From a virus (lineage: Duplodnaviria > Caudoviricetes), in the IMG/VR virus record IMGVR_UViG_3300032075_000001, positions 1-64,000 of that record: a DNA stretch of 64,000 nt; one strand, given 5' to 3'. Below are positions 51,251-62,400 of this stretch, in pieces. The translations under genes were made by a program, and so were the position numbers. The first letter of the stretch is position 1. Each line of letters starts with the position of its first letter. The notes beneath the pieces were generated by a model that had not been told where the DNA came from, ran no database searches, and saw only the letters and a program-made list of their open reading frames with translations.

Positions 51251-52360
51251 ATGCCGTGGCGAGTGGAAGAGAGAGACGGTCGTTTCTGTGTTGTGAAAAT
51301 CACAGACGGTAGTACCGTCCACTGCCACGACAGCCGCTCGATGGCCGAAGCGCAAGTCCGCGCCTTATACGCAAGTGAGGGTAAATCCTTCTCCTATCTC
51401 GACATTGAAAGCGAGGGTAAACCGCCAATGGATAATGCGACAGATGCGCTGGTTTTCTATGGCGGCGCGGTGAAGGCGTTGGGCGATGGGCGTGTGGGCG
51501 GGTATGGCGTGCTGTTTACCACTGCCGATGATCCTGATCTGCAAGGCGATTATTTTACCAAATCTACCGACCTCGAACTGAATGGTCGGGAGTCACTACT
51601 GGCGATGTGGGATCACGGTTTGGATTCAGTGCTGAAGCGCCGCCGATTGGGTCGTGCGACTTACCGAGTTGACGATGCTGGAGTTTGGTTTGAGACAAAG
51701 CTGAACGAGTCGGACGACTACGAAAAGGCGGTCTATGGGCTGGCGAAGGCAGGTAAGCTGGGCTGGTCCACTGGATCTGCTCCACACCTCGTCGAGCGCG
51801 TTCCAGTCAAGAAAGCCTTCGAGCTGAAGTCGTGGCCCATCATCGAAGTTTCCTTGACCCATATGCCTGTGGAGCCACGCACTGCGGCGGTTCCATTGAA
51901 GTCGATTGCTCATGTTGAACTGAAGTCCCTGCTTGATGAAGTAGAGTCGGAAAAAGTACCACCGTTTACCACTAAAGCTCTCGACGCGGCTCTCGCGGCT
52001 GCGTACGACGACGATCTCGATACCCACTCCCTCAAGGTGGCGACCGCTGTTGAGGAGTTGATTGCCCACTACACCAAAGCCGCTACCGCACTCGACGTGC
52101 TCAGTGGCCGCTTGGCAAGGAAGCAGGAGTTTCGCGCTATCAAAGATGGCCGTGCTTTCTCGCAACGGAGAGTCGATAAAATGAACGAGTTGATTGCTCA
52201 ACTGAAGAAATTAGCTGAGCACCCGATCGCCCTCGCCTCCGAGTTCGAGAAGATGGTCAAAGAAGCAGTTACGACAAGAGATCAGCGTAACGCGCTCCAG
52301 CAGGCTGCGGAATTCCAGTACAACCAATTCCAACAGTTAAAGGAGTCACACAATGGCTGA
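51251..52360 (+). CDS. Prohead protease (HK97-type) with N- and C-terminal extensions
   Basis: GYGVLF, DLQGDYF, WDHG, GWSTGS, EVSLT..P.EPR. Confidence 0.92.
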   Translation: MPWRVEERDGRFCVVKITDGSTVHCHDSRSMAEAQVRALYASEGKSFSYLDIESEGKPPMDNATDALVFYGGAVKALGDGRVGGYGVLFTTADDPDLQGDYFTKSTDLELNGRESLLAMWDHGLDSVLKRRRLGRATYRVDDAGVWFETKLNESDDYEKAVYGLAKAGKLGWSTGSAPHLVERVPVKKAFELKSWPIIEVSLTHMPVEPRTAAVPLKSIAHVELKSLLDEVESEKVPPFTTKALDAALAAAYDDDLDTHSLKVATAVEELIAHYTKAATALDVLSGRLARKQEFRAIKDGRAFSQRRVDKMNELIAQLKKLAEHPIALASEFEKMVKEAVTTRDQRNALQQAAEFQYNQFQQLKESHNG

Positions 52361-53648
52361 CGTACAGGTCAATACTTTTGAAAACCTGAGTCTTAATGAA
52401 CTCGGCGCGTACAAGGACATTAAAATTGCTGAATTGGAGACTTACTTCAAGTCTCATACCAAAGACGGCCAGATCGTCATGGACGCGGACGAGGTTGAGA
52501 TCGTCCGCATGAAGAACAAGGAGATCACCGAGGCCACGAAGCGTTGGGAGAACCTGCGCGAGATGGACGAAGTGTTCAAACAGACAGTGGAGAAGCACGC
52601 CAAAGCGAACACGGTGAATCGTCAAGTGCCATTCATTGTTGACGACAAAGGCGGATTCCAGCCGTCGAACGCATTCAAATCAATCGGCGAGATCTTCACC
52701 GACTCTCCAGTCTATAAATCTCACAAAGGACTCCACGATGGCCAGCCGCATTACCAGTATACGATCGGCGAGAATTTGGACATGCGGGCGTTGAAGACCT
52801 TGATGACGACCAGCGCGGGATTCGCACCGCCGAATGATCGTACAGCGACAGTTGTTAACTTCGCGCTCCGTCGTCCGACTGTGGCGGATCTTGTCCCAAC
52901 TGATGCCACAACCCTCACCTCGATCAAGTACATGGAAGAGACAACATGGGGTACGGCATCGACTAATGCTAATCCTGCGGCTGCCGTAACTGAAGGTGAT
53001 CCCAAGCCAGAAGCTGAACTCGAATGGACTGAGGTGACTGTCCCGGTCGAGAAAATCGCCGTCTACATCCCGGTAACAACCGAGCAACTCGACGACGTTC
53101 CCGGTATTCAGGGCATCATCAATAATCGATTGAGCATGATGCTCCAGTTAAAAGAGGAAGACTATCTGCTCAACGGCACTGGCACACCGCCGCAGATCAC
53201 AGGTTTCCTTGTCAAGTCCGGTGTGCAGACACAAGCTGCGGCAGGTGATACGAATATCGACACGATCTACAAAGCGATGACAAAGGTTCGTACGACAGGA
53301 TTCGCTGAGCCGACTGCGGTAGTCGTCCATCCGAACAACTGGACTCCGATTCGTCTCGCCAAGACCCTCGACGGCCTGTACATCTGGGGTGCGCCGAGCG
53401 ATCCCGGCCCGGAGCGCATCTTCGGTAAGTCGGTCGTGGTGACAACTGCGATGACTGCCGGAACTGCACTCACTGGCGACTTCCAACTCTATTCGCATAT
53501 TAGCCGTCGTCAAGGCATCACGATCATCGTCGGCACGATCGGCAATCAATTGATCGAGAATAAGAAGACGATCGTTGCTGAGATGCGGGAGAGTTTGGAA
53601 ATTTTCAGGGCGTCGGCGTTTTGTAAAGCGACCGGATTGGCGTCGTAA
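52353..53648 (+). CDS. Major capsid protein (HK97 fold, with delta domain)
   Basis: SAGFAPP, VTEG..KPEAEL, KIAVYIPVT.EQLDD, VVHPNNW, RIFGKSVV. Confidence 0.95.
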   Translation: MADVQVNTFENLSLNELGAYKDIKIAELETYFKSHTKDGQIVMDADEVEIVRMKNKEITEATKRWENLREMDEVFKQTVEKHAKANTVNRQVPFIVDDKGGFQPSNAFKSIGEIFTDSPVYKSHKGLHDGQPHYQYTIGENLDMRALKTLMTTSAGFAPPNDRTATVVNFALRRPTVADLVPTDATTLTSIKYMEETTWGTASTNANPAAAVTEGDPKPEAELEWTEVTVPVEKIAVYIPVTTEQLDDVPGIQGIINNRLSMMLQLKEEDYLLNGTGTPPQITGFLVKSGVQTQAAAGDTNIDTIYKAMTKVRTTGFAEPTAVVVHPNNWTPIRLAKTLDGLYIWGAPSDPGPERIFGKSVVVTTAMTAGTALTGDFQLYSHISRRQGITIIVGTIGNQLIENKKTIVAEMRESLEIFRASAFCKATGLAS

Positions 53649-53656
53649 GCGGGTTA

Positions 53657-53687
53657 AGCGGAGGACTGGTTCATGCTGGTCCTCCAA
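53657..53687 (+). terminator. Hairpin after the capsid gene
   Basis: GGAGGAC...GTCCTCC stem; weak U tract. Confidence 0.4.
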
Positions 53688-53709
53688 TTGAATAGGGAGA
53701 TTCAAAGCA

Positions 53710-54216
53710 ATGGCATCAACTCCAAACAGGTTACGCGATCTGGGCACCCTGACAGCGGGAACCAGTGAGGTGCAAACGCTCACCATCGGCGGCACTCCGA
53801 CAGGCGGAACTTTCATTCTCCGCTTCGAGGGGAATAACACTTCCGCGATCACGTGGTCAGCGACGAACAACACCCTACTCGCAAATATCCAAGCGGCCCT
53901 TGACGCACATCCTTCACTTGGCACGAATGGGTGTGTGGCGAGTGCGGGAACGGTGACTGCGGGTATCGGCACAGTGCTCCTGACTTTTGGCGCAATCCGT
54001 GCGAAAGAGAACGTTGAGCTGATGACCGTGTTCAAAAACAGTCTGACAGGAACTGCGCCAACTCTCGCTATCGCCACTACTACGCCGGGAGTGAATGCAA
54101 GTGGTCGATATGCGCAGCCGAAGGAAATGGGCGTGGACTCTGCGGGCACGGTGTACGTGAACACTGCGACTAGTGGCCCAGTGGCTACGTGGACAGTTGT
54201 GGGCAGTCAGACATGA
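53710..54216 (+). CDS. Head decoration-like protein
   Basis: EVQTLTIGGTPTGGTF.L.F domain; position after MCP. Confidence 0.6.
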   Translation: MASTPNRLRDLGTLTAGTSEVQTLTIGGTPTGGTFILRFEGNNTSAITWSATNNTLLANIQAALDAHPSLGTNGCVASAGTVTAGIGTVLLTFGAIRAKENVELMTVFKNSLTGTAPTLAIATTTPGVNASGRYAQPKEMGVDSAGTVYVNTATSGPVATWTVVGSQT

Positions 54217-54230
54217 GAATTGGAGACTGA

Positions 54231-54566
54231 ATGGGCTTAACCATTGTTAAAACCGATGCACGAGGCGCATACCGAATGGTAGCGCAGGAGGATCTCTATC
54301 TCAACGAGGACCAGACGGAGATTATCGTCGTTAAACAAGGCGAGGAAGTGCCGAAAGAGGCTGCGTTCGTGCTGGCTGGGAGAGGTGGAACGATCCCAGT
54401 GCGATATGCGGAGATGCTCAAAACTCTCGATGCACCAGTTGAAGTAAAGTCTGAGGTGAAGGAAGTTAAAGTAGAACCTGAGACTAAGCCAAGTGCGGAA
54501 GCTAAAGTGAAACCTCAGGCTGCTCCATCTAAGTCCAAGCCAATTGAGGAGACTCCGGCTCAGTGA
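54231..54566 (+). CDS. Hypothetical head-region protein
   Basis: K/E/P-rich tail; typical post-capsid ORF. Confidence 0.55.
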   Translation: MGLTIVKTDARGAYRMVAQEDLYLNEDQTEIIVVKQGEEVPKEAAFVLAGRGGTIPVRYAEMLKTLDAPVEVKSEVKEVKVEPETKPSAEAKVKPQAAPSKSKPIEETPAQ

Positions 54567-55078
54567 GCACGAGATTTAGAAACTTCGGAGCGGCGTTGAC
54601 GAAGGCTGGCGTGCCTACGAGTGGGGTGTATCAGGTCGAGACTGCGGTGATTGTCGGAACGATTACGCTCGGCGGGAACATGTCAGTCACTGTGACTGCC
54701 GCAGGGATGACCGGATCGCCGAAGACGCTAACGGTTGCAGTTGCGTTGAACGATACCGCGACTCAAGTTGCAACGAAGGTTCGAGCAGCCCTCGCAGCGG
54801 ATGTAGATGTCATGGCGATGTTCTCAGTCGGGGGTACAGGGGCGAATGTTGCACTGACTGCTCTCCAATCGGCGGCTAATGACGCAACTCTCAACATCGC
54901 TTATGACAATGACACTTGCACGGGACTGACCGGGGATGCGTCGTCGAACAACTCCACTGCCGGGGTGAAAGGTGACTACAAAGGGGTTATCACCGGGAAC
55001 TGCTGCGTTGACACAACGAACCACGACATTTACGAGAACACGGGAGATGATTCGCGCCCGGTGTGGACGGTGATATGA
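54563..55078 (+). CDS. Decoration-like structural protein
   Basis: T/A/G-rich beta domain, TATQVATKVRAAL. Confidence 0.55.
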   Translation: MSTRFRNFGAALTKAGVPTSGVYQVETAVIVGTITLGGNMSVTVTAAGMTGSPKTLTVAVALNDTATQVATKVRAALAADVDVMAMFSVGGTGANVALTALQSAANDATLNIAYDNDTCTGLTGDASSNNSTAGVKGDYKGVITGNCCVDTTNHDIYENTGDDSRPVWTVI

Positions 55079-55235
55079 CGGACGAGTGGGACATTCCCTG
55101 CAAGACCTGCGGCGGTAAGGTGGATCTATACAACTACCTCATGGGTAGACCTTGCCCTCCCGGACAGGAGAATCGGATTTGCAGGACTTGCGATTTCGGA
55201 GAGAGTGAATGTACGTGTAAGCGGAAGACCGAGAC

Positions 55236-55763
55236 ATGACACTGGACGCAACAATAGGAGGCGTGAACGCGAACTCCTACCCCACCCTCGCCTACGCCAA
55301 CTTGTTCTTTGAAAACATGCTCCTGCCGAATGCGTGGGACAGTGCGGTTCCAGACGATCAGGAACGTGCGCTGATGACTGCGACGCAGTGGCTGGAGGAG
55401 TACGATTACGTCGGTCGAGCCGCAACTCTCACTCAAGCATTGAAATGGCCGAGGTTTGGGATTGAGGATGAGCTGATTCTCGGGTTGTACGATGAAACCG
55501 AGATGCCCGTGCCGTTACTGAATGCGACTTGCGAGTTAGCTTTCTACTTACTGACGTTAGGACCAGCGGGAGGGGCTGCCGCGCTCACGACCGGGCTCGG
55601 GCCAATTAGTTCTTTGAAGATCGGAAACTCAGTCGAGGTGAAGTACCAGCAGCAGTCGGCGTCGTCTACCGTGACTTCAGTAGCGACAACCGACACGAGT
55701 GGCTTGCCCATTCACGTGGCACGACTGTTACGCGGATTGCGACTGCCAGTGGTGATTGCATGA
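55236..55763 (+). CDS. Head-tail connector (adaptor)
   Basis: ANSY.TLAYA..FF, ERAL..AT.WL, QALKWPR, ATCELA. Confidence 0.85.
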   Translation: MTLDATIGGVNANSYPTLAYANLFFENMLLPNAWDSAVPDDQERALMTATQWLEEYDYVGRAATLTQALKWPRFGIEDELILGLYDETEMPVPLLNATCELAFYLLTLGPAGGAAALTTGLGPISSLKIGNSVEVKYQQQSASSTVTSVATTDTSGLPIHVARLLRGLRLPVVIA

Positions 55764-56161
55764 CGCCTGCGATTCTGATAGCTCAGGCGAAAGTATTAGC
55801 TGAGCAATATCTCCCTGATTCATGTGCGATTCAGGAATTGTCAACGACGAACGATGGCTCGGGTGGATTTGGTGAGAGTTGGAACACGATCGAAACAGTT
55901 CCCGGCTTAGTCGAAGCAGTCGATGACATGGAAGCAATTGTCGGTTCCGCTCCCAGAGGCGCAGTAACCCAGAAGCTCTACTTGCGAGTGACCACAGTGA
56001 CACAAGCCATCAAACCTAGTCAGCGGGTAGCAGTTGCCCCACGGGACGGAAAAGGTGAATTGATATTCACGCAATTAAAACGACTGGATGAATCATTTGA
56101 AGCATTGATCACAGTCGCTGGAGTGCTAGATGTCAGCAACCCTGAAGAGTCGAATTCCTGA
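55760..56161 (+). CDS. Head-closure (stopper) protein
   Basis: DGSGGF.ESW motif and position. Confidence 0.7.
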   Translation: MTPAILIAQAKVLAEQYLPDSCAIQELSTTNDGSGGFGESWNTIETVPGLVEAVDDMEAIVGSAPRGAVTQKLYLRVTTVTQAIKPSQRVAVAPRDGKGELIFTQLKRLDESFEALITVAGVLDVSNPEESNS

Positions 56162-56576
56162 AATTCGCCAACGAATGCATCGCGCAATGGGCGTGGGTTT
56201 GCATCGTGCAGCGGACTCACACGTTGCAGTAGCCCAGCAGATTGCTCCCCGTGACACCGGACTGATGGCTGACACGACGCACAAAGAACCGGAGGAAGTG
56301 CCTGCAACTGAGAGTGCGAATGTTCGAGTGGATGTCGTTGCGCCTCAATTCTACTCAGGGCTGGTCGAGTTCGGCACAGTGAGACAGGAAGCGCAGCCGT
56401 GGTTTCTCCCTGCGTTCGAGTCGGCTAAGCGCCAGTACAAGGCCGAAGCTAAGCAAGTGACTGAGACAGTATTGAAAGGTGGAATGCCACCGACTGCGAC
56501 GATTGGCGTAAGGCGTTCAGTAACACAGCGACGAGGTCCGACTACTGGAGTTGTGCGTAAGGTAAGGGAACCGTGA
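56130..56576 (+). CDS. HK97 gp10-like neck protein
   Basis: APRDTG, YSGLVEFGT...AQPWFLPA. Confidence 0.85.
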   Translation: MSATLKSRIPEIRQRMHRAMGVGLHRAADSHVAVAQQIAPRDTGLMADTTHKEPEEVPATESANVRVDVVAPQFYSGLVEFGTVRQEAQPWFLPAFESAKRQYKAEAKQVTETVLKGGMPPTATIGVRRSVTQRRGPTTGVVRKVREP

Positions 56577-56715
56577 GTGAACTTGTCTACGACGAACTGA
56601 TGTGGATTGAAGTGATTGAAGTAGCGCGATTCCTTAACTTGCCAGTAGTCCATCTGGTCAATGTTCCAGCTAGGTATATCGAGGAGATTTTGATCATCGT
56701 CAGAGCGAGGCGACA

Positions 56716-57216
56716 GTGAATGAACTACCCGCAGCGGAGAACTGGTTACATGACAAGCTTGCGAGCGATGGCGAAATTACGTCAGTTGTCGGCGGGCGAA
56801 TCTACAAATACGCCCTCCCGCAATCACCGATCTACCCGCTCGTTATCTACTCCCTCGCGTCCGATTCCGACTTTCAAGGACTGGGCACGGTGCGGATTCT
56901 CGCTCGTCCGCTCTATCTCGTCAAAGTTATCTCGCGCGGCAGTCCGTCGTCTCTCGTCAATCTGGCAGCGGATCGCATCGATGAAATCGTGGGTAAGACG
57001 ACTAAGGACAGCTTCATCTCCACTGCTGGCGATATGTTCGCTGTCAGTTCGCGACGAGAAGCTGCCGTGCAGTTCATGGAGCGCGATCCGACTGTCGCAG
57101 GCACGCTCTATTTCCACCTCGGCGGGTTGTATCGACTGGAAGTGTTCAGTCTGGGACGCAAGGTAGTGGAGATGGGTGATTCAGTGAATTTGAACGACGC
57201 GGTAAACGTAGTCTAA
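56716..57216 (+). CDS. Tail terminator/completion protein
   Basis: VGGRIY...P..P.YPLVIY pattern and position. Confidence 0.75.
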   Translation: MNELPAAENWLHDKLASDGEITSVVGGRIYKYALPQSPIYPLVIYSLASDSDFQGLGTVRILARPLYLVKVISRGSPSSLVNLAADRIDEIVGKTTKDSFISTAGDMFAVSSRREAAVQFMERDPTVAGTLYFHLGGLYRLEVFSLGRKVVEMGDSVNLNDAVNVV

Positions 57217-57233
57217 CTTGGAGACGATAACCA

Positions 57234-58577
57234 ATGGCCCTACTTGATGTTAGAGCGGCAGTTGATACGATCCTGCAAATTGGTGTTGAGCATGATTACG
57301 GAGTAAGAGTTGCGGCTACTCGACGACTACCCGGCGTGAACATCTCGCTCAACCCGCAGGCTGAGTTTCAACTGTTCCGTGCGCGCGGGTTCAATATTCC
57401 TACCACTTCCGTCCCGCAAAAGATGTGGGCGAATGGAACGTGGAATGGAATCGCTGATTACAATCAAGTGATCTATCCGTTGAGTGGGCTGATTGGATTG
57501 CAGACTGCAAGTGAGCCTGCGACTCCGATTGGAGCGACGAATGCGCGGAGCTGGTTATTTGCACCAGTGTCGTCCGGGGCTGATCCTTTGCCTAAGTCAT
57601 TCACGATCGAGGAAGGTGATAGCGATGCGGTACAGGTTGGGGAAGGGTTGAAATTCTCCTCGTTCGGCTTGGAGTGGACGAACGATGCGTCGAATATGAC
57701 GGGCAATTTGTTCGCGCGCTTTCCGGTGGATAATGAGCCGCTTACGACAAAAACCGACGAGGAGCAGACGATTACTAAGTCCGGCACTGTCACTGCTGGA
57801 ACTTTCACGATCACTTACTCCGCTCAGACTACTTCAGCCATCGACTTCGACGCGACCGCGGCTGAGATTCAGGCTGCACTCATCGCCCTCTCCAATCTCG
57901 CTCCGGGAGACGTAGTAGTTAGTGGCGGGCCGATTTCGACGACTCCTATTACGATCATCTTCCAAGGCACGTTGAAGGGGACAAATGTCAGCGCGATCAC
58001 GGTGGACTCAACTGGATTGACTGGGGGTGGGACTTACGTCGTTGCGACTGCGATTGCAGGTGGAGCGGACATTAGCTCAATTGCACAATCCCCCGTCAGT
58101 CGTATGCATGTGGATATTTTTGTCAACGATACGTTTGGCGCAATCGGCACAACCAAAGTTGCACAAGCCTACGCAGGCGACTTTCGCATCGGAGACAAAG
58201 TGCAACCCTTCTGGGCATTGAACACCGACTACGATTCGTTCCAGTCAACCGTGCGAATCGCTGCCGATGTCACTTGCTCATTCTCTACTCCACACAACGC
58301 TCAGTCCCGCGCGCTGTACAATGCGGTGAAGACCAACCCGTGGAAGTGGGTGAGATTACTCGCAACTGGGAATGAGATTGATGTCGGCGTGAACAATGAG
58401 ACGATCCGCGTCGATGTCGCGGCGAAGTTCGGTAATCCCGAGAAGCAGGAAGATGCAAATGGAGTGTTTGGTTACAAGTTTAACTTTAACTCGCTGCACA
58501 ATGCGGATTTCACTTCTGAACACGCAAGTGGAGCAGCGTATGAGATCGAGGTGATCAACTCGCTGACGGCACTCTAA
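57234..58577 (+). CDS. Major tail tube protein with an inserted surface domain
   Basis: LQIGVE, PKSFTIEEG; internal EEQTIT.SG...GTFTITY domain. Confidence 0.8.
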   Translation: MALLDVRAAVDTILQIGVEHDYGVRVAATRRLPGVNISLNPQAEFQLFRARGFNIPTTSVPQKMWANGTWNGIADYNQVIYPLSGLIGLQTASEPATPIGATNARSWLFAPVSSGADPLPKSFTIEEGDSDAVQVGEGLKFSSFGLEWTNDASNMTGNLFARFPVDNEPLTTKTDEEQTITKSGTVTAGTFTITYSAQTTSAIDFDATAAEIQAALIALSNLAPGDVVVSGGPISTTPITIIFQGTLKGTNVSAITVDSTGLTGGGTYVVATAIAGGADISSIAQSPVSRMHVDIFVNDTFGAIGTTKVAQAYAGDFRIGDKVQPFWALNTDYDSFQSTVRIAADVTCSFSTPHNAQSRALYNAVKTNPWKWVRLLATGNEIDVGVNNETIRVDVAAKFGNPEKQEDANGVFGYKFNFNSLHNADFTSEHASGAAYEIEVINSLTAL

Positions 58578-58746
58578 TGCTTACACTGGTTATTACAATT
58601 CTGGCGCTGGCGGGATTTCTCGTCCTGAACGACTCGTATGTGAGATTACGTGAAATCTGTCGTCTCACGTATTTCGCAGCGCTACTCATCCTCCTGCTCC
58701 AGTATGGTGCTTATTTCAACTCAATGATCAAAGAGGTTGCTCGCTG

Positions 58747-59298
58747 ATGGACGTACTCCAATTTCAAGCTAATCCCCAGACTGAAACTTTCACTCGTCAC
58801 GGCAAGTCGATGGAGGTGACGTTCAATACTGACGCCTTCACGCCGGACTTCTTTCGTAGTGCCGCGCAGATGTTTCGCGAGATTCACCAGCAGGCTAAGG
58901 ACGGCGATGCGCAAGCAACTGAAGCGTTCAAGAAGGCAAAGAAAGACGACAATGAACGGGTGGCATTGAACTTCGATGCGCGAGCACGACAGTTGGAAAT
59001 TCAGCGTGAGATCTACGCGCGGCTCCTCGCGGGCACACCTGACACTCCTGTGCTTATGGGCTGGGAGTTGACACGAGATGGTGAGACGATTCCGATCACT
59101 CTCGACGAGTTGAATCGACTACATCCCGACTTTGTCACCGACTTGTATAGCTTCTGTTTGGAGCACTCAGTCCCAAAATCGCCGGAGATCCCAACGACAG
59201 CAGCCAGCCAGATGATCTCCGAGACTACCGACGCTGGCTCACTCACCCCGGCAACCCCGCTGGAAGAAAACCAAGCTACGTTGACCAGCATCGCATAG
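58747..59298 (+). CDS. Tail assembly chaperone (G)
   Basis: Located between tail tube and tape measure genes. Confidence 0.8.
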   Translation: MDVLQFQANPQTETFTRHGKSMEVTFNTDAFTPDFFRSAAQMFREIHQQAKDGDAQATEAFKKAKKDDNERVALNFDARARQLEIQREIYARLLAGTPDTPVLMGWELTRDGETIPITLDELNRLHPDFVTDLYSFCLEHSVPKSPEIPTTAASQMISETTDAGSLTPATPLEENQATLTSIA

Positions 59299-59459
59299 CC
59301 CGGTTTCTCCAAGTTCCGGTCTGGTTGCTAAGTCGCGTGCCCCTTCACTATCAGGAGGAGGCGCGAATCATCCTACAAGCGAATCGTGAGGCGAAGTCGC
59401 ACAACATCGGAAGTGCGAAATTGATGCCGATTATTCCGGTCGATCCGTATGAGATGTGA
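59172..59459 (+). CDS. -1 frameshift extension of the tail chaperone (GT)
   Basis: In-phase slippery C CCA AAA at 59172-78; -1 frame open to TGA 59457-59 (..IARFLQVPVW..VPLHYQEEARIILQA..). Confidence 0.85.
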   Translation, partial: PKIAGDPNDSSQPDDLRDYRRWLTHPGNPAGRKPSYVDQHRIARFLQVPVWLLSRVPLHYQEEARIILQANREAKSHNIGSAKLMPIIPVDPYEM

Positions 59460-59470
59460 GGTGAGTTACT

Positions 59471-62400
59471 TTGGATGTAGCAGAACTAAGGGCGGTCTAC
59501 TCCGCCACGTCGGCTGACTTTGATCGCGTAACCGATCACGTTCAGAAGCGGCTGAAAGAGACTCAGGCGCAAGCCAGTGGTCTAGGCGGAGCCTCGCAAA
59601 CAGTTGCGAATGAAGCGAAGAGAATTGAGTCAACTCTCACCTCACGTGCGCCTGTACGCTTCCTCGGCATTGATCTCGCAAGTGAGAAGAAAGCTGCGGC
59701 TGAAGTTGTCAGCACTGCGCAGAATACTGTTAAGCAAGTCGAGCAGGCTACGTCGAAGTTTGATCGCACTGCCTTCTGGGCGCGGCAGGGAACACAGGCT
59801 ACTAATGCGGCTAAGACCGTTGAGAAAGCGTGGTCGTTGGCCGATACTGAGCAAGCCCGCGCAGCTAGCAGGCTGGCCGCAGCGGAGGAGCAGGTGCTGG
59901 CGCGTCGAGTGACAAACGCCGCCAAGGCTACCTCAACTGTCATCCGCGACGCTAAAACAGGCGCAACTCTTACTCAGGCGGAACTCGCGAAGATTATCAG
60001 CGGCGGCTCAAAAGTAGTCGAAGCTGAAGCAAAGAAAGTTGGTGCGGCTACAGGTGGGGTGTTTGCAAATCTCCAGAAGCTATTCCTGCAAAACAACTTC
60101 CTCTTTCGTCAATTAGGTCAACGAGTAGCGGGCGATCTCGGCTTCACTGCGGTCGGAGTCGGTAAGCTCGCATTGAACTTTGAGCAACTCGCGGGTAAGT
60201 CACTAGTTGCAGCAGCAGGCATGGAAGGAGCGGCGGGGGGTGCGGCGAGTCTGTTGGGTATATTAGGGCCAGTTGGAATAGCTGTCGGTGTAGTAGTGGC
60301 CGGACTGACCGCAATGGCAGCGCTCTCAATCAGCGCAGCAGTAGGGATGTTCTACCTCGCAAAGTCCGTCACGGACACGGAGGAACATCTCGACGATCTC
60401 AGTCGTCAAACCGGACTGAGTACGGACAATTTGCAAGTTCTCGAAATCACTACACGGCAGGCTGGATCCAATATCGACAAGTTCATTGGCTCCGTGGGCC
60501 AGTTGCAGCGGAAGCTAGTGGACGCAAGCGAGGGCGGGACTTCACGACTGAGCATTGGATTAAAGAAACTTGGAGTCGATCTTGATAATCCGAACATCGC
60601 ACTCGGGCAATTAATTGATCTACTGAGCAAGGTTGAGCGTGGCAACGCCCGCACAGGCGCAGCGATGCAGATCTTCGGGCGCGGCGGGAGAGAGGTCGCG
60701 GGTGTCGTTGATCAAATCGAGGAAAGCGTCGGGAATGCTGATGGCGCACTCGACAGACTCAAGAAGCAGTTTATCGACGCTGGCGTTCATATTGATAAAG
60801 ATGGAATTAAGACTGCGGGCAAGTTTCACGATCAGCTCATTCTCATCGAAGCACAATTTGAATCAGTTAAGCGCGTCATCGGTGAAGAAGCACTCCCGAC
60901 CGTGCTCGACGCTGCGACTAAGTTCAGCAATTGGATCGCAACCAATCGCACTGAGATCGCTGACTGGGCCAAGGCAATTGAGCATGTAGCGGAGACGCTG
61001 ACTAACCTCGGCGCGATCTTACTAAAGCTGACCGGGTTATCACTGCTCATTCCGGTCACGATCCAGTTGCGTATCGCACGCTCTTTCAAATCACCAAGCG
61101 GGGATACTACTTCCGACATTGCGGAGTTGATTGGCAAAACAATTGGAGAGAAAGCACCGCTTCCTGATTCGACTCTTGCACGACGCACTTTCACGCAGGA
61201 TCGTCAAGCGCAGGACGTGGCTGAGAATGCGGCGAATAAGATTCGCAGTGCATTCGCGCCGAAAGGACGCGGTGGGCATAAAGGAGAAGATCCGGCTGAG
61301 ACCGCGCGACGACTGGCGGAGATCTCACTACAGGAGACGTTGAAAGGACTACAAGCTGAGCATGACGCACTGGAACGACAGTTAGACCAGAACCTTGTCT
61401 CACGCAATCGCTACACGCAGGATGCAATCAATCTCGAACTCCGTCGTCGTCAGGAGACGATTGCAGGGTTGCGGAAGGAGTTAGACGAAGCTGAGAAGAT
61501 TCGCAAGCCGGGACAGCGTGCGATTAAAGTCGCGGAGATCAATGCACGGATTAAGGAAGAGGAACGTCGCAGTGCGAAGGAAGTCCAGCAGATCACCGAT
61601 GAGTCTGCCGCTGAGCAGTTGCGCATCGGACAAGCGACCGCGCAATCTCAGTTACGTATCATTGAAACGCAAACCGATCAAGTCAAGGCGCGCATACGTG
61701 AGCAAGCTGACTTCCGTATTGTTACCGAGCAACAAGCGGCTGAATTCGAGGAGAATCAGGCGCTGCGGGTGTTCAACGCGAGAGAGCAACTCATTCGACA
61801 GGAGCTGAGGGAAGCTGGTGACAATGCTGAGAAGCGCAACGAGGCGCGGAATAAGCTTGATGAGCTGAACGCTGAGCGCAAATCGTTCATTGAATCCAGT
61901 AGTCGTGCGATTGCCGCCGCGATTCGTTCCGATGCTGAGCACGTGATCCAATTCGCCGCACAAATCCGAGACGCATTCCAACGTGCGGCTGATGTCCGAC
62001 TCGAAGCAGGGGAAGCTAATCTTGAACCTTTACGTAACTCGATCCTCACCCGCCACCAGCTCTGGGATGCGGAGTTGAAGTTTGAGATCGAGCGGGAGAA
62101 GCGACGGCATGATCAGGTGATGAGCGGGTTGGATGACGAGGCGAGACTCGCGCAGATTCGTATTAAGAACGAGCAGGAATTGGCGGCGGTATTGAGCGGA
62201 ATTCGCGCGCAGTCCGAAGCTGAAGAAGAACTCCATCAAGCCCGCCTCGGTCAAATTACCACGCAAGCCGCTGAGCAACGTCGTCAGGAGATGCTGCAAG
62301 TGGCGGATGATCTCGCTTCGATTGCGTCTGACATCTTTGACGCGATTGGTAAGTCGAGCGACGAGTTCTGGAAGTCGTTAAAACAATCCGCGACGAACTT

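Noticed and set aside
51626-54164. Long minus-strand ORFs over head genes (191, 135 and 338 aa)
   Set aside because: Antisense shadows of well-supported protease, capsid and decoration genes.
59330-59350. Apparent second frameshift in the chaperone extension
   Set aside because: Recount shows four Cs (GTG CCC CTT CAC), so the -1 frame is continuous.
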